DNA from: Oopsacas minuta
Taxonomy: Eukaryota; Animalia; Porifera
Assembly (NCBI GenBank): GCA_024704765.1
Contig: JAKMXF010000365.1
Span: forward strand, 310,001 to 374,000
DNA length: 64,000 nt
Direction: 5' to 3'
Notes under the pieces: generated by a model
What the model was told of the DNA's origin: nothing
The model's database searches: none
Seen by the model: only the letters and a program-made list of their open reading frames with translations
Position numbers and translations under genes: made by a program
Part shown: piece by piece, positions 22,761 through 32,634 of the stretch
Layout: each line of letters begins with the position of its first letter
How positions within the stretch are numbered: the first letter of the stretch is position 1

Positions 22761-24098
22761 ATGTCCGACAAGCCTACAAACTCTCTCTCTAATGACCTGA
22801 CGGATCCATCCGATACAGCTGACTCTACTCCCTCCTACCTACTAGCAGCTAATGCTATACATCACCTTAGATTATTCCATGAGAGTATGAGGGAGCTGGG
22901 GAAATATTCTAAACTGAATATTATGCTAAATGACAATCCTCTGGTATCTGATACTACCTCAACTGATGACGTATTGGAGAGAGAATCCACATTCTCTATG
23001 CAGATATCTCCTTCAGGGATCACGTTATCATTACCAGATGCTAATGTACTCTCATTAGAGCCTAGTCCTGAACAGCTAGCTTCCTTACGTCCTATCCTAT
23101 TCAATAATCCTTTCTTGTCTGACTGTCTAATCTCTATCAAAGATGAGTCTATGACCTATTATTGTCATAGAGTTTATCTAAGCGAGGAGAGTGAATACTT
23201 CAGCGCAATGTTCCGTCCCTCCTACTCTGAGAGTGGGAAGAAAGAGGTAGAGATATCTCTCGAGCATCCTGAGATGTTTGAAGAAGCCTTATGCTACTTT
23301 TATAAAGGTAGTATCTCAGATAAACTCGTGTGTACAGGGAGATGGAGAGGATCAATTGATTCATATTTCCAACTAATCTGGGTAGCTAACTATCTGCAAG
23401 CATCTAAACTATTAACATCTCTCACTAACTTATTCGAAGTAAAATTCTCTAGCTCTCCTCTATTCAATTCAGAGTACATGACATTCTCTCTCTTCCAATC
23501 AGTTATAACATCATGTCGTCACAGAATGGGCCCCAGGATTCATACAATAGGATCTCGTGTAGATCCACAATGCTGGTTACGTAGCAAATATAGCTCCAAC
23601 AGAACAGGCTCTAGGTTCGAATACGCTAAGCGAATGCGTCGTATTATGAGCCGTAGCACTAGTAGCAGTCTAAGTAGTATGAGTCGTAGCCCAGACTGGA
23701 GGTTACCCTTTCATTCTAATGACAGCCCTCTCAGAAGTCGGAGTCGCTCTGTCAGTACAGACCCAAACAGATATATACCCACGATAGCATCTGAATTAGA
23801 CAGCAGTATGTTAGATAGCTCAGAAATATTTGAGGACAGTTCTCACTCTGTATATTCAAACTCTAGCATTCTACAGACTACATTCTCTTATGCTGAGAAT
23901 AGTAATAGGAATAACTCAAGGCTTGGGGGAGGAGCGGATGAATGTAAGGAGGTATTAGAGTGGGCTAGTGCAGAGAATATTACAGGAGAACTATTGGATT
24001 CTGATGTAGTTAATGTTATCAAGAGCTTCCCAGGAGCTGTGCAGAGAGCCGTAGACCCTTACGGACTGTTGAGCAAGACCAAGGGGAAGTATAATTAA
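22761..24098 (+). CDS. BTB/POZ domain protein with a Ser/Arg-rich insert, 445 aa
   Basis: SDCLISIK...YYCHRVYLSEESEYFSAMF...EISLEHPEMFEEALCYFY is a canonical BTB core. Confidence 0.85.
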   Translation: MSDKPTNSLSNDLTDPSDTADSTPSYLLAANAIHHLRLFHESMRELGKYSKLNIMLNDNPLVSDTTSTDDVLERESTFSMQISPSGITLSLPDANVLSLEPSPEQLASLRPILFNNPFLSDCLISIKDESMTYYCHRVYLSEESEYFSAMFRPSYSESGKKEVEISLEHPEMFEEALCYFYKGSISDKLVCTGRWRGSIDSYFQLIWVANYLQASKLLTSLTNLFEVKFSSSPLFNSEYMTFSLFQSVITSCRHRMGPRIHTIGSRVDPQCWLRSKYSSNRTGSRFEYAKRMRRIMSRSTSSSLSSMSRSPDWRLPFHSNDSPLRSRSRSVSTDPNRYIPTIASELDSSMLDSSEIFEDSSHSVYSNSSILQTTFSYAENSNRNNSRLGGGADECKEVLEWASAENITGELLDSDVVNVIKSFPGAVQRAVDPYGLLSKTKGKYN

Positions 24099-24223
24099 TG
24101 AGATTGTAGTAGTATACAACATTTCTCTTATTTGAGCTTTCTTATTCTTGATTATTCTTGTGTCTTAGTTCTCATAATATTATTAATAATAAATTATATG
24201 AAATATTATTTGATTATTTTAGA

Positions 24224-25362
24224 ATGTTCGGTCTAAGAAGATTATCACAAGGACAGATATTCACCCCCAGACTTACTCTATGCACCCTGAGAGCTCAACA
24301 CACACTCCCAGATCTCCCTTACCCCTACGAGTCTCTAGAGCCTCATATCAGTGCTGAAATAATGAGGATACATCACACTAAGCACCATGCTACCTATGTT
24401 AAGAACCTCAATGCAGCAGAGCAGAAGATCAATACTGCTGTAGATGCTGGTATATACTACAATATCCATAGTTACATAGTACATACGTTAGTACATAAAC
24501 TGATGTAATAGGACCTAACAATACATACTTGGTGTTGCTAATAATAGTTGATTATGTTGCTATCTATTTAGGAGATCTTTCAGGCATAATAGCTCTACAA
24601 GGAGCAGTCAAATTCAATGGAGGAGGACACATAAATCACTCTATATTCTGGAGTAACCTCTCTCCTAATGGAGGAGGAGAGCCTCAGGGTAATCTATAAT
24701 TAAATAAAAGTATAACCAATAAATTTTTTTTGTAACTTCTAAGGTGATTTGAGAGATGCTATAAACAAGGAATTTGGTTCATTCTCAGACTTCCAATCTA
24801 AATTTGTTGCAGCAGCTACTGGTGTACAGGGATCAGGATGGAGCTGGCTAGTTAGTGATAATTATAATCTGTATTATTACAATCCTTTAAGCTTTATAAT
24901 TATAATCAAACATTAATAAGCCAGTGAACAATTCGTGTATTAGCATGGCTAGGATTCTGTTGATAGTTATTCTATCACCAGCCAGATTCCATGCTATAGT
25001 ACAAATATCTCTGCAAACTAACATTATTTCCTTTGAAATGGTGTTCTGATGCTTTGATAAATTAAATAAAAAATATAAACCTTTCGTAGGGATATAATCG
25101 TGATCAGAAGAGGCTACAAATTGCCAGCTGTCCTAATCAAGATCCTCTTCAAGCTACAACAGGTATAGCATGTCTTGATATATCCTATAATTCAATGGAT
25201 TATATTTATACTTCTCCAGGTCTCATTCCGTTACTAGGGATAGATGTATGGGAACATGCGTACTACTTACAGTACAAGAACGTACGTCCTGGCTACCTCA
25301 AGGCTATATGGAATGTGATTAATTGGAACAATATATCTGAGAGATTACTTCAAGTGAAATAG
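24224..25362 (+). CDS. SOD2: Mitochondrial Mn superoxide dismutase, 221 aa; exons 24224-24449, 24572-24688, 24744-24850, 25090-25162, 25220-25362
   Basis: [31 protein letters not shown] and [11 protein letters not shown], plus an Arg-rich presequence. All introns are GT-AG and the exons sum to 666 nt. Confidence 0.97.
24942..25068 (+). ncRNA. Candidate box H/ACA snoRNA in SOD2 intron 3
   Basis: Hairpin 1: AGCATGG/CCATGCT lower stem, 8+7-nt pocket, 10-bp upper stem with one mismatch, and an ANANNA box (ATAGTA, 24996-25001) 14 nt from the pocket top. Hairpin 2: 11-bp AACATTATTTC/GAAATGGTGTT stem. No canonical terminal ACA (only ATA/AAA). Confidence 0.55.
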
Positions 25363-25867
25363 CTCTAATATCTACAAGCGATTCTCAGAATAGATTTCCT
25401 ATTAGTAAATAACAAATCATCTTAATTAGCGTATTTTGTACGAAGTTTGTGACCCAATGATAACACAAATAATATCACTTTTAGTAAACCGCTTTCCAAT
25501 CTATACATTTAATACACTGCCCCACTATCTCTTGTATACCTATAGTCGGGATATTAATGAACATTTTCAAAATTATCGCTCCGTGTCATACATGTCCTGC
25601 TTATTATACAAATAATACAAGTCACAAGAAGTGTAACAACAATCTCCTCACATAACAATTGAATGTAATTTATAAACAATCTACAAAGTAAAAGATGGAA
25701 ATTTAAAAACTAAAATTTGATTATACCAGATAATAACACCACCTGACTGAACACCATAACAATCTATGTATGTACAACTTGTTAGTTAACAGCAGAATGT
25801 GTACAATCACTAAACTATACCATGCAAGGTGTGAGTACGATTAAACTAAAAGCTTTCAATGAGAATA

Positions 25868-27954
25868 TCAAACAACGTATTTTCCGTGTATTTTAGGCTG
25901 AAAAGTTGGTTGAGGTTGGGGTTGAGGTTGAGGTTGAGTAGGAGGTGCCCGATTAGGGGCTGAGTGTAATAGTCCGGGTCTAGGAGCATTGGAGGTACGG
26001 GGGAGAGGGACTGGGCCTTGGGAGGAGGAAGGAGAATATGTGGGCGTAGTAGATACAGCTGGATATGCCTGTGGCTGTGGGGGAACGTAGGTGTAAGGAG
26101 TGTCAGGGGGTATTCTATCAGGTTTAGCTTTAACCTTTGGTTTAGCTACGATAGGTACTGGAGGTTTGTTAGCAGAATGTTCTGAGAATGTCTGATCATC
26201 GTTATTATATGAATCTCCGTTAGATGGAACTACATGTGAAAGAGGAGGAGATCGACGAGGGCTCTTTGGTGGTTTAACCTTCTTAATTTCTGCGTATTGT
26301 GTGTTCTTAGTTTCAGAAATATCTGGACTGCTTACTGACCAGTTAGAAGTATTGAAATATTGCTGGTAGTTCTCAATAAAGCTCTCTACAATACGAGAGG
26401 CTAGACTGGTATGAGTTGGATTAGCTCCTCCCTCTCCAGCAGGCCATAGAATATTTGGTGCTATAACAATAGCTATATTGGAAGAAGTCATCTTATTCTG
26501 TTCAGAGTACTTCTTTAATTCACTCAGGAAATCTATAAGAAATCTAAAGTTAGAGAAGTTAGCAGGAGGTAGTTGATCGAGTACATTGAATAGAGCTTGT
26601 TGTCTATCAGTTGGCTTATCAATCTGTGCTGCTCGCATCCATTCATTAAAGAAATCATAAGTTAACAGAGGTTCAGGTAACTCTCGTAGATACGTTTTGA
26701 GGAGAGAAGCTATGGTATGTGGGTCAGCTTGATGAGTACAAAAGTACGCACAAGTACCTACCCCAGCGTCCAGTGATGCCTTAAGATGTTTGGTCTTAGC
26801 AGTACCTCCTGTCTTCCTGAGAAGACCCTCAGTGTCTAAGAAATCATAAGTCCGTAGATACGTCACACACTCGTCTAGTACTACTGATATTTTACGATTA
26901 GTTACTCTCAAATGCTCCTCTAGCGGTGTACCAAATACAGGTCGGATAGGAAAGTTATCAATGTTCTTGTTAAGACATGGCATAACACTCTCAATACTCT
27001 CTAGACATTTCCTATGATATTCTAACTGTCTCTCCATCATAGATCTGTATATGTTAGCGTGTTCTGTCTGTTTGCTAAGGAATATTAGTAGAGTACATGC
27101 ATATTCATCTTGAGTTTGCTCAAACTTCGTACAGGTTTCATCAAACTCAAATGTAGCTGAATCTAGTTTGCCTAAGTTAGTCGCTGATCCGTTTTGCAGT
27201 TGTAACTTCTCCATAGACATCAACTTATTACGAGCAGCATCCATGTCTAATCGAGAATTTCGCAATTTCTTCCGAGACTTCTCCAGTAAGTGAACATCTC
27301 TTTCAAGCAGATCGTTACAAGGCTTCACTACCTGTTGGAATGAAAGAATAAGTTCTGAACTAAGAAATGAAAGAATCAATTCTTTTGATAAGCTATTAAT
27401 TATCTAACAGAGCTTCAATGTAATATGCCATATGAGTATTGAATGAAGCCCGGACGCTATACCTAATTCGGAAATATATAGAGATTCTAAGCATTCGAAG
27501 TGGCAATTGAAATATAATTGTTGGATTATTCCTGAATACTTACTTGTACATCTAGACCCAGCTCATAATCTGCCTGGTTAGTAGCCAGAGTATGCTGGAC
27601 ATTAGAACAAATATCAAGAGTTTTGGATACAATTGATCCTTTAGTTTGAGGATACAGCCTCTCTATGTCATCAAACTCTCCGTGAATTCGAGCTGCACAT
27701 TCTTGCATGTTATTAGCCAGTGATGTAGCAGGGAGTTTATTCCTTCTCTTCTCGTGAGTAGAACCACTGCCTTGATAGAGAGAAGGTACTTTAGATGACG
27801 TCATCTGGAAAGCTTTCTTTATCCCATCAACACTGTTACCTAACGTCTCAATATCATTATGTAGCTCATCAGTCTTGTTACGTAATCCTATATTTTCATT
27901 AGCGGCCTGTTGTATGCGGCGGAATTGTTTGGAAACAGAGCTAACGCTAGACAT
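25868..27954 (-). CDS. BAR-RhoGAP (ARHGAP17/ARHGAP44/SH3BP1 family) with a Pro-rich tail; intron 27543-27332
   Basis: KQFRRIQQAANE start, RLDMDAAR BAR segment, VFGTPLEEHL, EGLLRKTG, LKTYLRELPEPLLT and NKMTSSNIAIVIAPNILW RhoGAP motifs; QPQPQP tail. Confidence 0.9.
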
Positions 27955-28669
27955 CTAGATATTCAATCAAAGCAAAATTAACTTATTGGAATTATAAGTA
28001 GTGAGCTATTATAAATACTGATCTGCAGCCCTCATAACAAGCCATACATGCAGATGAACCAAGTGCAGTGGCGCCAGGCTTCAGGATAACAAAGCTATAT
28101 CTTGATGCCTAATTTAGACAAGTATAACTATGAACTCATCAATAATTGCTAATTATTGCTCCAATTTATTGTACGTAATACAACTCAGATTTATGCAATT
28201 TCCTAATTATGTTCCCGAAAGGACAAATTGTAATCTGAAAATATACATTTGATGTTTTATACTATTCCTTGCTGAAGGCGACTCGTGATTACAGCATAAA
28301 TGGTTGAATGGTAACGGTCAAATCTCCATTAACTGTCGTAGAAGTATAATTATACTCCATTCGTCACAATTCGACAGATTAAGTAAGACTTTATACAAAT
28401 CAATAACCAAGTCTATTTATAGAAATTATCGAAAGTAATTATGATTAATGGGACACAAATCATGATAATAGCTATAAGCTCGTGAGTTAAGTTAGTGATA
28501 TTCTGCGTACTTACAGATTAATTAATGCTACACAGAGCGTTTATTATATTGTCTTGAGACTAATTCAAACTTCCATAAGCTTTGTATCCGGTGCTTCTAG
28601 TTAATATACAAATAAGGTAAAACATATATCAAAACATTAAACTGAGACTTCCATACACATACACATCAT

Positions 28670-29959
28670 CTATATATTTGGTGTTGCAATAATTACGATA
28701 TTCTCAACAGTGACATTCTGTGGTACATAAGCTAGTATATCAGTATTCATTCCATTTTCACGTAGCCACCAAACTCTACCCATATCAATCAACCTCTTAC
28801 ATTTGTAGCCAATATCCTCCTTGTAAGGAGCAGGTAAATCTCTGAGGGACAAGAGGGAGGGGTCACAATTTAGAATTTCTGAGTTACTGTCCTGCTTCAT
28901 CCCACAGACTTTCCAGCTGCTTAGTAAAGAAATCGCATGAAAGTCTATAGAATTAAATTTTAGTTGCATTTCAAAGAATTTCCTACCAACATATGCAGGC
29001 CACGTGCATTGATGATGACAGCATGTAGCCATGACAATAATAGGACGTTTAGGAGCAGATAATGTATTCATTAAACATGATAGAGCTAAATCAGTTGCTG
29101 CACCGCACAAATGTTTGCAGTACCCCACTATAGAACGTTCCGGTGTTATACCATCTACTTTAGAAAGATAAAGATGTTCTATATCAATGAAAAGTCTGTG
29201 AAATATGGGTCCATCTGATTTATGATAGCTGTCATACTTGTAGCGACAAGCAGCCCTGTCTACAACTATAAATTCAGGATTCACAGCTGATTCAGGAAGT
29301 GACCTTTGTACCCAGTGAGAAAGCTTTCCTCTACCAGCTCCAAATTCTATAAAAGTTACATCTGTATAACAAGTCAATGTCTTATGAATATAACCTATGA
29401 TAGAAGCTTGTTGTAGCAAATGCTTACGAGCAGTTTCTCCATTCTTTGAGTCTGTTAACTCAGCTTTCATACTTAAATGTGTAATATAGCAATCATTGAT
29501 AGATTTAACAAAGCTCTCATAAGCGATTTCAACACGATGAATTAATTTTAATATGTAATCTTCAGGAAATGCGGCTAGATTACATGTATCCTCTGGGCAA
29601 GGGACAGTACCAGTCAGGCCACTGTTAACTCCATCTACATAATATATAGGATGTGGCTTGGGTCTAGCGTTACACTTAAGAATATGTTTATCTAGGTTAG
29701 CAGGGTATACAGTGTGTTTAGGATCTAATGGACAAGGTATTCTCTTGTAATCTAGATTAATATCACCACCAGATAGAGCTAGATGCAGACCACAGAATTG
29801 AGCGTTATGGATAGCTAACATCCTACACATTCTCTTCTTTTGAGGGAGATAGTACTGACATTTGACAGTTGATGGCTTTTCTGTAAGTGCAGTGTCTTCA
29901 GTAACGATACTATTAGCGGAAGTTAATTCAGATTTTAGATCTACTGAATTCGTTGCCAT
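28670..29959 (-). CDS. TRMT13: tRNA:m(4)X 2'-O-methyltransferase TRM13
   Basis: CCCH finger (CQYYLPQKKRMC), CHHC finger (RIPCPLDPKHTV), FIEFGAGRGKLS, KHLCGAATDL and ATCCHH. Confidence 0.95.
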   Translation of the reverse strand: MATNSVDLKSELTSANSIVTEDTALTEKPSTVKCQYYLPQKKRMCRMLAIHNAQFCGLHLALSGGDINLDYKRIPCPLDPKHTVYPANLDKHILKCNARPKPHPIYYVDGVNSGLTGTVPCPEDTCNLAAFPEDYILKLIHRVEIAYESFVKSINDCYITHLSMKAELTDSKNGETARKHLLQQASIIGYIHKTLTCYTDVTFIEFGAGRGKLSHWVQRSLPESAVNPEFIVVDRAACRYKYDSYHKSDGPIFHRLFIDIEHLYLSKVDGITPERSIVGYCKHLCGAATDLALSCLMNTLSAPKRPIIVMATCCHHQCTWPAYVGRKFFEMQLKFNSIDFHAISLLSSWKVCGMKQDSNSEILNCDPSLLSLRDLPAPYKEDIGYKCKRLIDMGRVWWLRENGMNTDILAYVPQNVTVENIVIIATPNI

Positions 29960-30230
29960 ATAATTCTACTGAACGGATACCGGCAATTGTAAAATGATTG
30001 TAAGTGCAGATCGGGAGCCTTTGTTCCACCCAATCAAGTTATTAGCCAACCGAACTTATCTCTAAGATCATTTTGAGTGCTCCCCAAGGTGTAAAAAGAA
30101 TTAATCATATGATAAAATTGTATATAGATTTTTTGCGTTTGTTTGTATTATTTACATAAATAAACCTCAATTTCATACATATACTCGTAATATAGAACAA
30201 TGAATTTAAAAGTTTTATTCTTGTATGTAC

Positions 30231-32171
30231 TTAACCTTCTATAAGATTGGGATCAGCTATATGATCATAGTAATCCACTCCAACAATGTTATGCTTCTTA
30301 TAATTGTAATATCTATAATGACTGAATATTCCGAATATCACGATAATTATGACATACAATACTATGAAAACACCCCAAACTATCGAAGCATATTCGAAAT
30401 CTTCTTGAGAACAGGAATCGCTGTATATTAAACAGAGAGAGCATTTACTATTTGTACATATTAGGTCAAGACCCGTGTAGACCGTATTAGAAATGATCAT
30501 ACCAAAGCACAAATAGAAATAGTATAGACTCAGGAAAAAACTATTGAAACAGCCCTTGAATGTTGTATAAGATTGGAAATATAGGAATTGTTGTATCCCA
30601 ATGAATATCAGTACTTCTAAAATACCACCAAAGCAATACTGTGGCACTTGGCTGAATACGCTAATTGTTGATATCTTATATGTGTGATTGAAATTATACA
30701 TACTGCAGTTAATATGTTGACTGTTATTCCGGATAGTACTGATTCTTGCTACCTCAAGGAACAAAGCACAAAGTATGCATGAAAATCCACACAATAAGCC
30801 CCAGAACATTTTCTTTAAAATTGGATCTATCGGATGGAAATAATCTCTCACAATATTTTCTATTGTTTTGATACACTTTCTAATCCCTGTAACGTTTCGT
30901 TCTCTGTTAATATCTACATAGAAACTCACATTCCAGAAGAAGTATTCAATCAAGGGTGTTGCTATGATCACAGAAATGTAGTTGATAAAAGATATATTGT
31001 TTATGTAAACTTCTTCCTGGGATTTATTACAATAAACGTTCTGTAAACTTATATCAGTGAAATACAGTGTGCTAAGCATATATCCTTGGTTTGGAAACCC
31101 CGTTTCTAGCATCTGAGAAGCGATGAATGTCACGAATAAGATTAACAATAGAAAGTTTATTCGTAAAAATGAGGACACAATCTGCACTTGTTGGTGTGGA
31201 AACTTCCCATAATACTTTTCAGATGCTAATTGTATAAACCAATGACCTTCTGGTGATTTAAAATTAAAAATGCGTTCTCTGAGTGCATAGCAGATTATTT
31301 TAATAGATTTTCCTGTTGTAATACCTACTGCTATTGTTTGTTCACTATCAGACATAAATTTACAGCTGCGACCTATGATGAATAGGATCCATGCCAGCAG
31401 GACAAAAACAAAGTTAACACAACAATTGTATAACAGATAATTGTCCGGTGTATCTAGATACCTTAGATAGCTACACAGTGAACTAACATTATTTGAGAAA
31501 TACATGAGTGGGAAATAGAGGTAGATCACTTTCCAGTTTGTACCTTTGAGTATATCCAGTCCATATGCCAGTGAGGCAGGTAAGTAGATAGCTAATCCGA
31601 TACAGAATGAAATCAAACCAAGGATGCCCAGCACTTTATGCAAAATAAATTTCTCCTCGATATCGGGATTAACATAACCATCGGGTTGTAATATATAACC
31701 ACAAATAGCGATTACAAATGCTGAAAAGCAGGAAATACCCAAACTGTAGTTGATTAGATTAGCTCTCTGGAATCTGTAATAGTCAGCTGTGAAGGCGAAT
31801 ACTATCGACAACATTCCTGGAATTGCGAATTGAAACGATTCAAACAAATAATTTATGTAAGGATGGTCGAATACGAAAGGATCACCAGAATTTTTAGATT
31901 CATCACTCCCATTGGGAAAAAACGAAGTTTTCATAATAGTTGTCATTAAAATACCGCCATTTTGATAATATATACGGAAAATCATAAAGATAAATACGAA
32001 GTAGTACAATTTAAGGATTCGTTTGATTTTAAGTTTGGGACCTATGAATATGAATATTGGTATATTACCTTCATCCGGTGGATCTACCACATCTTCTATG
32101 TTATCATAGCTAGCTATAATGCTACCATAGGTAGTGTTCATTGGGGTAGCTGCTTGAGAGATCTCTGCCAT
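30231..32171 (-). CDS. Divergent SLC15/POT-family transporter, copy 1
   Basis: Multi-TM protein with QVPQYCFGGILEV (TM10 motif), a YGLDI equivalent of FGADQ and a FTADYY PTR2-like motif. Confidence 0.7.
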   Translation of the reverse strand: MAEISQAATPMNTTYGSIIASYDNIEDVVDPPDEGNIPIFIFIGPKLKIKRILKLYYFVFIFMIFRIYYQNGGILMTTIMKTSFFPNGSDESKNSGDPFVFDHPYINYLFESFQFAIPGMLSIVFAFTADYYRFQRANLINYSLGISCFSAFVIAICGYILQPDGYVNPDIEEKFILHKVLGILGLISFCIGLAIYLPASLAYGLDILKGTNWKVIYLYFPLMYFSNNVSSLCSYLRYLDTPDNYLLYNCCVNFVFVLLAWILFIIGRSCKFMSDSEQTIAVGITTGKSIKIICYALRERIFNFKSPEGHWFIQLASEKYYGKFPHQQVQIVSSFLRINFLLLILFVTFIASQMLETGFPNQGYMLSTLYFTDISLQNVYCNKSQEEVYINNISFINYISVIIATPLIEYFFWNVSFYVDINRERNVTGIRKCIKTIENIVRDYFHPIDPILKKMFWGLLCGFSCILCALFLEVARISTIRNNSQHINCSMYNFNHTYKISTISVFSQVPQYCFGGILEVLIFIGIQQFLYFQSYTTFKGCFNSFFLSLYYFYLCFGMIISNTVYTGLDLICTNSKCSLCLIYSDSCSQEDFEYASIVWGVFIVLYVIIIVIFGIFSHYRYYNYKKHNIVGVDYYDHIADPNLIEG

Positions 32172-32634
32172 TTACATTGAGCAGTATTGTATGGTCTTGA
32201 ATATAGCTTAGTTAGGATTTAATAGATTTATTCTTATCTTATTCCTAGCCTAACTATCTGGAAACTATATCCTCTAACACTTATGTAGATACCAGAGGAT
32301 TATTTTACATATTTCATTTCAAGGATTTTCTCACTATTATATTCTTGCTTTAAATATTATTTACCCTAGTCCTGTATTTTACATGTCTAAATATTGTTAT
32401 TATTTATTATAATATGATAATTAGTGATGTATTAAGCAAGAGCCAGGAGTAGAAGGAGATAATTACGATTGATGATAAAACGGGCGTAATTAAAGTTTTC
32501 TCTATAAAAATATAACAAACAATTAAAAGAATCTCATAAATACAATAACAATAAAAATAGATAACAAAAATATTCGATAATTATGATAAACAATCTCCAA
32601 ATTATCAAATATTGGACAATATCATCCAAAAATG

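Noticed and set aside
27332-27543. 8-bp stem followed by AGATAA in the RhoGAP intron (snoRNA-like)
   Set aside because: No clear pocket, second hairpin or ACA box.
28060-28090. CAGTGGCG resembling a hAT/MITE terminus
   Set aside because: No matching inverted terminus or target-site duplication found.
32045-32071. Possible 27-nt in-frame intron in SLC15 copy 1
   Set aside because: Shorter than nearly all other introns here, and the frame is open either way; cannot be decided from sequence.
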